Part shown: positions 1 to 9,655 of the stretch, piece by piece
Numbering within the stretch: the stretch's first letter is position 1
How the letters are laid out: each line of letters begins with the position of its first letter
The notes under the pieces: model-generated
Told to the model about the DNA's origin: nothing
The model's database searches: none
What the model saw: only the letters and a program-made list of their open reading frames with translations
Assembly: GCA_045651805.1 (NCBI GenBank)
Contig: JAZRTB010000078.1
Location: 2,707-66,706, forward strand
DNA from: Clostridia bacterium
Lineage (GTDB): Bacteria > Bacillota > Clostridia > UMGS1883
Length of the DNA stretch: 64,000 nt
Direction: 5' to 3'
Position numbers and translations under genes: made by a program

Positions 1-1
1 A

Positions 2-3000
2 ACTACAACAGTTACTCTCGGAAATCTTGATGATGACTGTAGATATATGATTAACGGTAGCTATGGAGAAAAACAGTCTGACGGAACAATTCTTTTTGAA
101 AACCTTACACCAAACACAACATACGAGGTAGAGGTTATCGGTCAGGCTTCAGGCACAGCTCCCGTTTACGCATATGTCTATGCTACAACTCTTCCTGTTC
201 ACCCCGTAACAGTAAAGGTTTACCTTGATGGCGGTGTTGTGGATGGCGTGCCTTACGGTACACTCACAGACATTGAAACTTTCCTTGGAAGTGGCGCAAA
301 AGTATATCTTAAGTCAGAGAATAATACTTATTATGAACTTACAAAAACAAGCACAGGTGTGTATGAGGCAAATCTTGCAGACGGCACGTATTACATTTAT
401 AGTGCACCCAATGCTTCTTCACAGATTTGTGAACAGCAGGTTACCGTACTCGGTGGAGGAAGAGAAAGAGAACTCTTCTTCTATAGTGTAACTTATGATG
501 CAAACGGTGGTACATACGCAGGAGAAACTCTTGAATATCACCACGATGACAACAAGGTTATGGTATCATCTGTAGTGCCTGTAAAGGACGGCTATGACTT
601 TATGGGTTGGGTTGATGAAAGCGGAAAAACATATCAGTCCGGAGATGTTCTTGCAGAAGAAATTTATAATCCGTACAAGCTTACCGCAATATGGGAAAAG
701 ACAAAGTATGCAAAGGTGAACGTTACTGTAGTTGCTACACATGGTACAAGTAACGGTGCGGATCCCCATCCCGAAAGCGGAAGTATGCATATTGAGCTCG
801 CTTACAGACACAATGATTCGGAACCTTACGTTGAATACGTAGGAAAAAATAATAATTTCAGTGACTGGTATGAAAGAGGTACAAATTCAGGCAATACAAC
901 AACTGTAACATTCCCCGAACTTTATAAAGAACTTCACATAGGTTATGAATATTCAGCAACAGTTGTGCTTGATGACTACTATGTAACAGGAAGCAATGTT
1001 ACAAGCACTACCGATGCAGAGGGAAATATAACCTACGATGTAACAATCAATATTTCCTACAGTCCCGACCTCTTTAATCTTGAATATAAGGTTGTAGCAG
1101 ACAACTCAATTCCTTCAGATCTTGTTCCCAAGGCTGTGGATATGAAGGTTCTTTCTTGGGATGCAAATGTTGATGGAGAGTGGGCACCTATAAGCCGTCA
1201 CGTAGAATACTCTACAGACGTTGAACTTTCAGGCAGAAACGGCAACGGAAGCTATGCTGTTCCCGTTTACAGAAATGAAAATGAAAATTATTACTATCGT
1301 GCAGCCGCTGTAGGTTTCACACTTGCAGACGGTACAGAACTTACTGCATCAAGCACAGATGGTATTAACTTCTATTCAGATGCCAATGACAAGTATGGTA
1401 AGGGTGCGTTCTATGCAGTAATCGATGTTAACGGTGGTGCAGATGTAGACGGTACAGACCTTGACGGAGCTTATGGTATTTATGCACAGGATACTGCTAC
1501 AGGATACAAGCAGCAGGGCACAATTACAGTAACAATTTATATGAATCGTTACGATGTAATTTTTGATACACAGGGCGGTGAAGCAATCGGTGCGATTCCG
1601 GAACAGTTCAGAATTCCTGATGTAAGTATGTATGTTCCCTTTAAGGATGGCTATACATTTGCAGGATGGTACACAACTCCTGCCTGCACAGACGGTACAG
1701 AAGTTGTAGTGGGACAGGCTCTTACAAGTGATATCACACTTTATGCAAAGTGGCTTGAAAACAGAACTATTCAGGGTACAATCACAGTAGCAGGCTTTTA
1801 TATGCTTGATGGTGAAAAGGTACAGATTCCCGAGAATGACAGACTTGAAAGTGAAATTGTGCTTCTTCAGAAAATAGACCATAACGGATATTTCATCACA
1901 CTTGCAAGTGATACTGTAGATGTTTCTTACAGCGGTGACTATGGTACTGCACAGTTTGAGTTTACGGATATTGCAAACGATGACGAAGAATATCGTATAA
2001 CGATTCTTTCACACAACTATGAAGTTGCTTATCAGAACGAACTTTCTTCTTCTACTGAAGTTACAAACTATAATGCATACGATGCAAATCACTACAAGGC
2101 AGAGTTTAACGGCGATGTAAATGCAACAGTAAATGCATATCTTCACTTTGAACCGGTTGACTTTGAATTGCTTTACAGCATTGATGCATCAGCACTCGGA
2201 GAAGGATACAGACCCTCATCAGCAGAAACAGTAATTCTTTGCAACGACGGCTCAACTTCAAATCCCCAGACTTGGTCGCCTATCAGCCAGATGCTTGTAG
2301 GTGGCAACCGTGAAGGTCAGGATACTGCACTTTCAGGCGGTAAAGGTGACGATTCCTATCCCGTATGGACTGCACATGCTGATGGTACAACACTTTATGA
2401 ATATGCAATCAGCGTGGACAGCCTTGTGTTTGACGGCGAAAAAGTAGAATACACTTCCGATGCACCTTTTGCTATTTATTATAACGGCTCTGCACGTTTC
2501 AGCGATATAAACGGACAGACACAGCTTCTTACAGCTACAGTAGTTCCCAAACTTTACGAAATCGTATTCGACCTCGGTGTTGATGCGGAAGAAATTGTAA
2601 CAGGTATGAATGGATACCATTATCACGAAGATCATAATACATATGGCGATACATACTATTGGAGCTATGGCAAGCAGATTACTGCAACTCCCGTAAGAGA
2701 AGGTTATACCTTCCTCGGTTGGTATGATGCAGAAGGAAATCAGGTAACAGTAGTTACTCCCGATATGGCAGAAAATATCACTCTCTATGCAAGATGGACA
2801 CAGGACCTTTCATTCCAGGTGCTTGCAGATGCGGGTTATTATTCAGCAGAAAGAAATTCTGCAGACAAAGTTGGTGTAATTTCTCTTAATGCTCACATCA
2901 ACGATATTGAGACAGTTATAGACAGTATCGTATCATTTGGTATTTATGTATACGACAATTCTTCAGCTGAAACCAAGATAATAACTGAAAGCGTTAATAA

Positions 3001-3223
3001 GGAAACACTACTTAAGAACAATGGTTGCTTCCACACAATCATTTCAGATATTGCACAGGAGAATTTCGGAAAAGTATTTTACGGTATGCCCTTTGCAGTA
3101 ATTGATGCAGATGGCAACGATGCTACCACAGACGACAGAAAAACTGTTGTAGGCGAATTCTTCTCAACATCTGTTTCAGATGTTAACAAGTGGCTTGGCG
3201 CAGAAAATGTTTATGCAAACTAA
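2..3223 (+). CDS. Large cell-surface repeat protein, 5'-truncated by the window edge, with three Listeria-Bacteroides-type (Flg_new-like) repeats
   Basis: ORF 47..3223 stays open in the same frame back to nt 2. Three copies of the GYxFxGW...LYAxW motif are present (DGYDFMGWVDESGKTY..LTAIW; DGYTFAGWYTTP..LYAKW; EGYTFLGWYDAEGNQV..LYARW). No catalytic motif recognised. Confidence 0.6.
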   Translation, partial: TTTVTLGNLDDDCRYMINGSYGEKQSDGTILFENLTPNTTYEVEVIGQASGTAPVYAYVYATTLPVHPVTVKVYLDGGVVDGVPYGTLTDIETFLGSGAKVYLKSENNTYYELTKTSTGVYEANLADGTYYIYSAPNASSQICEQQVTVLGGGRERELFFYSVTYDANGGTYAGETLEYHHDDNKVMVSSVVPVKDGYDFMGWVDESGKTYQSGDVLAEEIYNPYKLTAIWEKTKYAKVNVTVVATHGTSNGADPHPESGSMHIELAYRHNDSEPYVEYVGKNNNFSDWYERGTNSGNTTTVTFPELYKELHIGYEYSATVVLDDYYVTGSNVTSTTDAEGNITYDVTINISYSPDLFNLEYKVVADNSIPSDLVPKAVDMKVLSWDANVDGEWAPISRHVEYSTDVELSGRNGNGSYAVPVYRNENENYYYRAAAVGFTLADGTELTASSTDGINFYSDANDKYGKGAFYAVIDVNGGADVDGTDLDGAYGIYAQDTATGYKQQGTITVTIYMNRYDVIFDTQGGEAIGAIPEQFRIPDVSMYVPFKDGYTFAGWYTTPACTDGTEVVVGQALTSDITLYAKWLENRTIQGTITVAGFYMLDGEKVQIPENDRLESEIVLLQKIDHNGYFITLASDTVDVSYSGDYGTAQFEFTDIANDDEEYRITILSHNYEVAYQNELSSSTEVTNYNAYDANHYKAEFNGDVNATVNAYLHFEPVDFELLYSIDASALGEGYRPSSAETVILCNDGSTSNPQTWSPISQMLVGGNREGQDTALSGGKGDDSYPVWTAHADGTTLYEYAISVDSLVFDGEKVEYTSDAPFAIYYNGSARFSDINGQTQLLTATVVPKLYEIVFDLGVDAEEIVTGMNGYHYHEDHNTYGDTYYWSYGKQITATPVREGYTFLGWYDAEGNQVTVVTPDMAENITLYARWTQDLSFQVLADAGYYSAERNSADKVGVISLNAHINDIETVIDSIVSFGIYVYDNSSAETKIITESVNKETLLKNNGCFHTIISDIAQENFGKVFYGMPFAVIDADGNDATTDDRKTVVGEFFSTSVSDVNKWLGAENVYAN

Positions 3224-3262
3224 TCAAATCTAATTTATTGAATTTAAAGGAGTTTATTATTA

Positions 3263-3426
3263 TGAAAAAATATGTATCACCCAGTCTTGAAATCATAGCT
3301 TTTGAAATTGTTGACGTTATTATGACATCTTCACAGGGAGATGTTACAGATACTCCCGAAACTTTAATTACTTGCGGTGAGATGGTAAATAACGTAAAAT
3401 CAGGTTCAATCAATCTTTATGACTGA
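3263..3426 (+). CDS. Small 54-aa protein or candidate precursor peptide (MKKYVSPSLEIIAFEIVDVIMTSSQGD...)
   Basis: Internal ATG of ORF 3190..3426, preceded by AAAGGAG (3246..3252) with about 10 nt spacing. It lies 40 nt after the giant surface protein stop and directly before a strong terminator. No TM segment or classical signal peptide. Confidence 0.45.
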
Positions 3427-3449
3427 TTTATAATTTAATAAGTAATAAG

Positions 3450-3489
3450 AAACTCCCCGAAAACAATGGTTTTCGGGGAGTTTTGTTTT
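3450..3489. terminator. Bidirectional rho-independent terminator between convergent genes
   Basis: 12-bp perfect stem CTCCCCGAAAAC/GTTTTCGGGGAG with loop AATG, followed by TTTTGTTTT on the + strand. An A-run on the 5' side gives a U-run on the minus strand. Confidence 0.85.
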
Positions 3490-3510
3490 AATCTGAATAA
3501 TTAAATTTTC

Positions 3511-5286
3511 TTATAAATCGCTTGCAGATGTGAAGTGACTGTCTATTTCTGATTTTTCTTCCTTGTGTTCCACCGGTGATGACATCCTGAGCTTGCTCTC
3601 GGGAGTGGGAGCAGGGGGGACAACACCGGGGGCAGGATTTTCATAAGCACGGGCATCGAACGCCGGAGTCGCAGATTCACGGTTCATATATGCTGTTTCA
3701 GTAGGATCATATGCGTTTGATTGCGGGGCAACATCCTGCTGAATGGGATTCTGCGGAGTATAGGTCTGTGTTGTTTCCCTGACAGCTGTATAGCCGTTTG
3801 CAGGAGGCACCGGTTCGCTTGCGGGTGCAACAGGTGGTGTCGCAGGAGCATATGAACGTGTATGTGTTCTTGCTATCTTCGCTTTTTTACGTTTCTTACT
3901 CTTAACTGCAAGAATAATTGAAACAACGATTATAAGAAGAAGGAGAACGCCTGCTGCAATAATAATGATAAGAATGACGGGAAATTCCTTCTTTGTAGCC
4001 GGTTCTGTTTGCGGAGCTTCCTCTGCAAGGTCAATCAGCAAGTCAATGTAAGGAGTATTCTTATTAAGATCCTTTACTCTCTCAAAACAGTTTACTGCAG
4101 CGAGACCATAGCCCTGCTGGAGCATCTGAAGTCCTGTAAGGAATGTCTTACTTGCTTCACCCTGCTCTATGTCAAGTCCGTCAGCAAGGTCTGAAACAAA
4201 CTCTGCAGACACCATGTAAGCGAAACGATAGTCGCTTGAAAGAGCATAAGTGTTAAGACCTTCTACCTGAAGATGCTTGTCAACCGAAGGACCACCGCTG
4301 TTACCACCGGAGATTCTGGCTGTAATCTCAATTGCTTTATAATCTGTACCATCAATGGGAACAAGTCTTGAAACTGTACCGGGAGAGGTTGAAACACTTA
4401 ACGTTGATGCATCACTACCGGCACTTGAGAAAATTTCCTCTGCGGCACCGGGGAAGCCTGCAGCAACAATAGAGCTGTTTGTCTCGGGATACGTTTCGGA
4501 TAATGTAAGTGCAACAAGATTTTTTGCATCTATTTTAAGAATAGCTGTATCCTCTGTAAGTCCCTCAATGTTTTCCTGAGTTCCTATTTCAATAAGCTCG
4601 GCATCGTATTTGATACCATTCTTATAAGAGGTATCACCATCAGCTGTGGGGAAGCATGCTTTTAATTTAGTTTTTTCTTCGAGCACTTCAGCATTTGCGG
4701 CAGAAGCATATAAAACAGCTTCATTCAAGGCAAGATAATCTTCTTCACTTATAGTTATGTCGTTTTCATAAATGTCGTAAAGAATTTCTTCAACGTCCTC
4801 CGCAACACTTTGGTCAAGTGAGTACATATAAATCATAAGCTTGGTCTGCTCATCAAGAGCTGCAACGTGAGCGTTTGTTGCAATGTAACCGTCATCACTT
4901 ATGATTACTGCACTACCGCTTGCTGCACCATCAACATTTTCAGTCTTATAAGAACCGAAAACGACAAATTCAAGAACGTTTTCCTTGATTCTGTCAATAA
5001 GTTCCTGTTCGCTGGATACTTCACCTCTCCAGATTTCTACCTGGGCAGCGAACTTTTCAGAGTCAACCTGAACAGGACGATAACGAATCCGTGCCTCATA
5101 CTCCAGAATAATCTGGGGAACTACTGATTTTAAGGCATGTCCGATATACTCGTCTTCATACTCGAAGTTTTCGTTGTAGCCGTATTTTTCGTAAAGCTTC
5201 TCATCTTTTTCGCAAAAACCTGCGATGGAGAAGAGGAGCAGAGCTGCAACAAACAACGCGAGAAATCTTTTGATTTTAACTTTCAT
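3511..5286 (-). CDS. Membrane-anchored trypsin-like (S1, chymotrypsin-fold) serine protease with a Pro-rich cytoplasmic tail
   Basis: SD AAGGAGG upstream. N-terminal signal peptide (MKVKIKRFLALFVAALLLFSIAG). Catalytic contexts TNAHV ... DTAILKID ... GGNSGGPS. C-terminal TM helix (ILIIIIAAGVLLLLIIVVSIILAV) followed by KSKKRKKAK and a ~130-aa Pro/Ala/Thr-rich tail. Confidence 0.8.
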   Translation of the reverse strand: MKVKIKRFLALFVAALLLFSIAGFCEKDEKLYEKYGYNENFEYEDEYIGHALKSVVPQIILEYEARIRYRPVQVDSEKFAAQVEIWRGEVSSEQELIDRIKENVLEFVVFGSYKTENVDGAASGSAVIISDDGYIATNAHVAALDEQTKLMIYMYSLDQSVAEDVEEILYDIYENDITISEEDYLALNEAVLYASAANAEVLEEKTKLKACFPTADGDTSYKNGIKYDAELIEIGTQENIEGLTEDTAILKIDAKNLVALTLSETYPETNSSIVAAGFPGAAEEIFSSAGSDASTLSVSTSPGTVSRLVPIDGTDYKAIEITARISGGNSGGPSVDKHLQVEGLNTYALSSDYRFAYMVSAEFVSDLADGLDIEQGEASKTFLTGLQMLQQGYGLAAVNCFERVKDLNKNTPYIDLLIDLAEEAPQTEPATKKEFPVILIIIIAAGVLLLLIIVVSIILAVKSKKRKKAKIARTHTRSYAPATPPVAPASEPVPPANGYTAVRETTQTYTPQNPIQQDVAPQSNAYDPTETAYMNRESATPAFDARAYENPAPGVVPPAPTPESKLRMSSPVEHKEEKSEIDSHFTSASDL

Positions 5287-5304
5287 AGTTGAATCCTCCT
5301 TGTT

Positions 5305-7569
5305 TTACGCATATTTTGTTATGAAATCATCAAGGCTCTTACATAAGTCATCGGCAGAACATTCAAGTTCATGTAAGTGCTCTTTTTTCCTTGATATGGC
5401 AGATTCACCTTTTTCCATTTCTGCAATGGAAACATGGAACTGACTTTTTATAAGCTCAATTTCATTATCTATTGAAGAAACCAATCTGTCAGCAGAGGTT
5501 TTGTAGAAATTGAGGATTTCATCTGAAATCAGATGTGAAAATTCCATTGTTGATCTACGAAGCTCAACAACTGCCTTTTCGGTAATTGTAGATTTCAGCT
5601 TTACAAGTGCAGGGGAGCCGGAAGTGCCTTTAGCTCCTGTGAAAATTGATGAAACGGCACCCGATAAGATGCTTGCACCTGAAAGAGTCTGAAGTGAATT
5701 CATAGTTTGTCCGCTTATATTCATGGTAAGCTTCCTTGTGGCGGAAGAAACATTTCCGCGGGCTTCAAAAAATGAAACTTCACTGCTGAGAGTTCTTTTT
5801 GAACTTAAAGACTCAGTATGGTCTTTTGAAAGTCTGGCAAGAGCATGCTGTGCCTCATCCAATATTACGTTGGTTTCTGATTTTGCAGAATCGAATATTG
5901 TAGAATAATTATCCTTGATTGCAGGTAAAAGTACGGATTCCTGCCAATATGTCTGATGCGCTTCCATTTTTCTTGCAAAATGTGAAGTAATTTCCTGGGA
6001 AACCGACTCAAGCTTCTGTTTGGAGGGGACAATACCCAGGTCCTGCGAGGGAATGAAAGTATCAATCCACATAGGGATATCAGCAATGGTTCCTGACAGA
6101 TTATTTGAAACCATAGATTCAAATTTGTATCCGCACTGTGATATTGAAAGAAGTGTCTTGTCGTACAAAAACTGTCTTTTTCTTTCAAGGGAATCCAGAA
6201 CGGGAAGCATTTTGTTGTAGTTCTTTTTAAGGTCATCCACTGACGTGTCAAGCATACTGCGATGACGGGGGATGATTTTACCGATTGTTTCGGATTTCAG
6301 GAACTTATTAAGCTGGCGTGCGGGAAGAACAAGCTTCATATTACCTTTCTTCTTTGTAAGGAAATCAGAAAGAGAATCTTCAAAACGGGGAAGCCCTGAA
6401 TGAATAAGCTTTTCTTTATCGTGCGTGCTTTTAGCTTCAAGAGCGTTACGGGCAGATATGAAGAAAATACCCTTTTCGCCAAAGCTTGTAAAAGGCAGTA
6501 ATTTGCTGATCGCATATTTCATAATGCGATTTTTCTCTTTATCGGGAATCATATCAAATCTGTTTACAACAAAGAACAAATCCTTGAATCCCTGTGCTTT
6601 AAGGTTATGCTCAATAAAGTTCATTTCCTCCATAGAACACAATGTTGTTGCATTCAGAACAAAAATCACCGCGTCAGATTTGCTTATAAAGTCCATTGTA
6701 ACCTTTGTTCTGGTGGAGTGCTCGTTAAGTCCGGGTGAGTCAACGATTTCTACACCATTTTTGAGTAAATCAAGAGGCCAGAAAAGTTCAACCTTCTCAT
6801 ACGGACTTTCAAGAATCATATCCTTGGGGTCTTTACCGAGAGGAATTACCACATACTGCTCTATTTTATCGTAGGGTATCTCCATAGGCGGTATTTTCCC
6901 GCCGGGATGCTTTTTTATGTGTGATAATGCTGCCGCCGGAATCTCATTCGGGAGTTCTTCGGGAAGCGGATTTTTAAAATGTATAACAGCTTTTTTTGTT
7001 TCGGCATATTTTAGTTCGTTAATGACTGCAGTACACGGGAGTGCGTGAGCAGGGAGGACCTCTTTACCGAGAAATGAGTTGATGAATGTAGATTTTCCGT
7101 TTTTAAACGTACCTACAATCTGAACCTTAAGTGTTTCGCTATGTATTCTGTTGCTCATTTCTTTTAACTGCTGTGTCAGATTTTCCATTTCAAGCTCATA
7201 CATAAGCTCCGAGGCTCTGTCAAGAAGCTTTGAAAGGTGATTCTTGTCCCTTCTGAACATTGCATACGGTGAAGTGTCGTCATCAGCGTCATCATCTATC
7301 TGAGAAAGAAGAATACTTTTTCCGCCTGTGAGCGTATCTGCAGGGGGGATTTCCTTTTTCTTCAGCCCGTTGACTTTGAGGCGGCTGACCTTCTCTTCAG
7401 GTGATGAAGTCTTGAAAGAAGAACGCAATTTCCCCATAGTTGTTCCTGAAGCCTTTGAATCTTTTGATGTATCAAAAGACCCCGGATTGTGAAAGGATGG
7501 ATCCTGAAGTGAGGACGCCGGTATCAAAGCTGTATTAATTTTATCATTTTTACCGCTGAAGTTATGCAT
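5305..7569 (-). CDS. Bacterial dynamin-like GTPase (BDLP), second of a tandem pair
   Basis: SD AGGAGG 4 nt before the ATG. G1 P-loop GTFKNGKSTFINSFLG, G3 DSPGL, G4-like VNRFD. Long helical C-terminal region. ~110-aa low-complexity N-terminal extension. Confidence 0.8.
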   Translation of the reverse strand: MHNFSGKNDKINTALIPASSLQDPSFHNPGSFDTSKDSKASGTTMGKLRSSFKTSSPEEKVSRLKVNGLKKKEIPPADTLTGGKSILLSQIDDDADDDTSPYAMFRRDKNHLSKLLDRASELMYELEMENLTQQLKEMSNRIHSETLKVQIVGTFKNGKSTFINSFLGKEVLPAHALPCTAVINELKYAETKKAVIHFKNPLPEELPNEIPAAALSHIKKHPGGKIPPMEIPYDKIEQYVVIPLGKDPKDMILESPYEKVELFWPLDLLKNGVEIVDSPGLNEHSTRTKVTMDFISKSDAVIFVLNATTLCSMEEMNFIEHNLKAQGFKDLFFVVNRFDMIPDKEKNRIMKYAISKLLPFTSFGEKGIFFISARNALEAKSTHDKEKLIHSGLPRFEDSLSDFLTKKKGNMKLVLPARQLNKFLKSETIGKIIPRHRSMLDTSVDDLKKNYNKMLPVLDSLERKRQFLYDKTLLSISQCGYKFESMVSNNLSGTIADIPMWIDTFIPSQDLGIVPSKQKLESVSQEITSHFARKMEAHQTYWQESVLLPAIKDNYSTIFDSAKSETNVILDEAQHALARLSKDHTESLSSKRTLSSEVSFFEARGNVSSATRKLTMNISGQTMNSLQTLSGASILSGAVSSIFTGAKGTSGSPALVKLKSTITEKAVVELRRSTMEFSHLISDEILNFYKTSADRLVSSIDNEIELIKSQFHVSIAEMEKGESAISRKKEHLHELECSADDLCKSLDDFITKYA

Positions 7570-7620
7570 GGCTCCTCCTGTAATATTATATGCCTGAAAA
7601 ATTAAAAATAGGTTAAATTT

Positions 7621-9642
7621 TTAGTTAAATCTATCAAGTTTTGTGCATAAAGCATAAAGCTTATCGTAAATAGGCTGAAGACTGCTGTCAGAACTGCCGG
7701 TAGCGGAAGAAAGAGCACTTTCGATAACTTTCTTCTGTGACTGTGTCCAGCCTTCCTGCTGTTTGGTAGCTTCCGACAGAATTGTATTGTACATATTCTT
7801 GATTCTGCTTTCGCTGTAAGAAACAGCGTTGTCTACTATGACGGGAACTCGCTTGTCTACTTCGTCCTTGAGAGCAAGCTTCTGACTTTCAATCTTCTTT
7901 TTGAATATTGCATCGGCTACCATGTGGCCGCCTGTTCCAAGTCCTATTGTAGCAACGAATGTAGGCCAACCTATAATTGCAAATAGCGCTGTCGTACCCA
8001 AAGAAAAGGCTGTGGAACCGATTTTATTAACCAGTTTTTCTTTTGACATATCTTTTGCAATGTCTTCCGGGGGTGTATCAAAGTTTGTATAAGCATTCTT
8101 GTCGGTTACCTCTTCGGGGGTATAGAGGACACTTGTCTTGAAGTTCTTTTCAAGAACAGAGTTAAGCCAGGAGACATCCTTTGTAACTGTTTTGGAAATC
8201 ATATTTTCCGTGGATGAAGAGAAGTTCGTCATCTCAATCTTTAGCCTGTACGGAAAATCTTCCGTCCACCATCTATGAGGATCTCCTGTGCGGGACAACT
8301 CGTACTGCATTTTTTCTGTAAGAGAATTTTTTAAATCCTCCGCCTTTGTATTAAATTGAGAATAACATTCATCAGCCTTCTGAATCATTTTGATTTTTAC
8401 TTCATCCCAGATTTCATCAGCCTTCTGAAGCATTTGAGTTTTCTGTTCTATGAGCTGCGTTTTTTCTTCGTCAGAACCTGCACTCTCAATACATTTCTGT
8501 TCGTTTATAGTGTTGAGCGCAGACTGGAAACAAGACTTAAGTTGGAGTGCGTACCAACGATCTGTAAGGTTCTTGCGGTCAGAGTCGTTCATCCATGTGT
8601 TAATCTGATTAACAATTTTGTCCATACCGATGATATCGCTATATGTGGAGTCAGGCATAGGAATGTTGTAAGGAACAAAAACAGAGATGTTATCCATTTC
8701 CCACATCTTGAGCTTCTGTCTGACAAATTCAATAACTCCGCTTCTCTGATTGATATCTACCTGGTCAAGTTTTGTGATAATAAGCATAAGGAAGGGTGTC
8801 TTTTTTGTGATAAGACGCTCTTCAATGAATACTTTTTCGCTCATACTCATTGCAGAGAGAGCGCTGATTGTAATGATTGCACAGTCGCTGTTTTTAAGCG
8901 CATCACCAATAACTCTCGTACGCTTAAGCTCAAGGTCACCTGCACCGGGAGTATCAACTATCTCAATACCATTCTTAAGTAACGGACATTTGATGTCCAC
9001 GAATGCAACCCCGTTCGGGTCGTGACCTTCATCGTCTGCAATATAATCTTCCCACGAATCAACAGATAAGGGGAGAGTACGTTTTTGTTTCTTATGTGCA
9101 TCAAAAACAGTAATTCCCTCTGCTCCTGCAGTATAGCGAATTCTTGTAAGAATCGCTGTTGTGGGCATATTTGCAACGGGAAGAATTTCCTTGCCGATAA
9201 GTTTGTTGACAAATGTACTCTTTCCGCGACTGAATTCGCCCACAACGGCAACTGTGAATTTGTGTTTATCGGCTTCCTTTGTCAAACCTTCAATTTCAGA
9301 CCTGAAAGGAGCAAATTTCTCGTCGCTGAGAACATTTGAAGCCTCCTTTGCAATGCCGAGAAGAGTCGGATCAAGCTTGATTGTAGCAGCAACAGGGGAA
9401 ACAACTTTTCGAACGTTTTCTCCGCCTTGAGGAGCAATTTTCTTTTGCTCCGTAACCTTCGGTGCAGCCTTTACAGGCGCAACCTTTTCCGGTTCTGCAT
9501 AACTGCGAGCGGGTGCAGGCTCATCTGCTGACAAGCTTGAAGCAGTCTTGAATGTGCTGGTGAAAGCAGGCTTTTTTGTTTCTGCATTGTTATCAAGCGA
9601 TGCATTTGATTTGAAAAAACTTGAAGTAAATCGGTCTGACAT
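7621..9642 (-). CDS. Bacterial dynamin-like GTPase (BDLP), first of a tandem pair
   Basis: SD AAGGAG. G1 VVGEFSRGKSTFVNKLIG, G3 DTPGAGD, G4 ITKLD. Ala/Pro/Lys-rich N-terminal ~110 aa. Hydrophobic stretch GSTAFSLGTTALFAIIGWPTFVATIGLGTGG near the C-terminus (candidate membrane paddle). Confidence 0.8.
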   Translation of the reverse strand: MSDRFTSSFFKSNASLDNNAETKKPAFTSTFKTASSLSADEPAPARSYAEPEKVAPVKAAPKVTEQKKIAPQGGENVRKVVSPVAATIKLDPTLLGIAKEASNVLSDEKFAPFRSEIEGLTKEADKHKFTVAVVGEFSRGKSTFVNKLIGKEILPVANMPTTAILTRIRYTAGAEGITVFDAHKKQKRTLPLSVDSWEDYIADDEGHDPNGVAFVDIKCPLLKNGIEIVDTPGAGDLELKRTRVIGDALKNSDCAIITISALSAMSMSEKVFIEERLITKKTPFLMLIITKLDQVDINQRSGVIEFVRQKLKMWEMDNISVFVPYNIPMPDSTYSDIIGMDKIVNQINTWMNDSDRKNLTDRWYALQLKSCFQSALNTINEQKCIESAGSDEEKTQLIEQKTQMLQKADEIWDEVKIKMIQKADECYSQFNTKAEDLKNSLTEKMQYELSRTGDPHRWWTEDFPYRLKIEMTNFSSSTENMISKTVTKDVSWLNSVLEKNFKTSVLYTPEEVTDKNAYTNFDTPPEDIAKDMSKEKLVNKIGSTAFSLGTTALFAIIGWPTFVATIGLGTGGHMVADAIFKKKIESQKLALKDEVDKRVPVIVDNAVSYSESRIKNMYNTILSEATKQQEGWTQSQKKVIESALSSATGSSDSSLQPIYDKLYALCTKLDRFN

Positions 9643-9655
9643 AGGAATGCTCCTT

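Noticed and set aside
8356-9430. Plus-strand ORFs 8356..8982, 8750..9025, 9085..9339 and 9161..9430, opposite the first BDLP gene
   Set aside because: These are antisense shadow ORFs within a well-supported GTPase gene. They have no SD and low-complexity or odd composition. The same reasoning applies to 1376..1882, 5865..6251, 6425..6874, 24440..25045, 30490..30975, 34720..35172, 57894..58520, 58713..59294 and 59810..60343.
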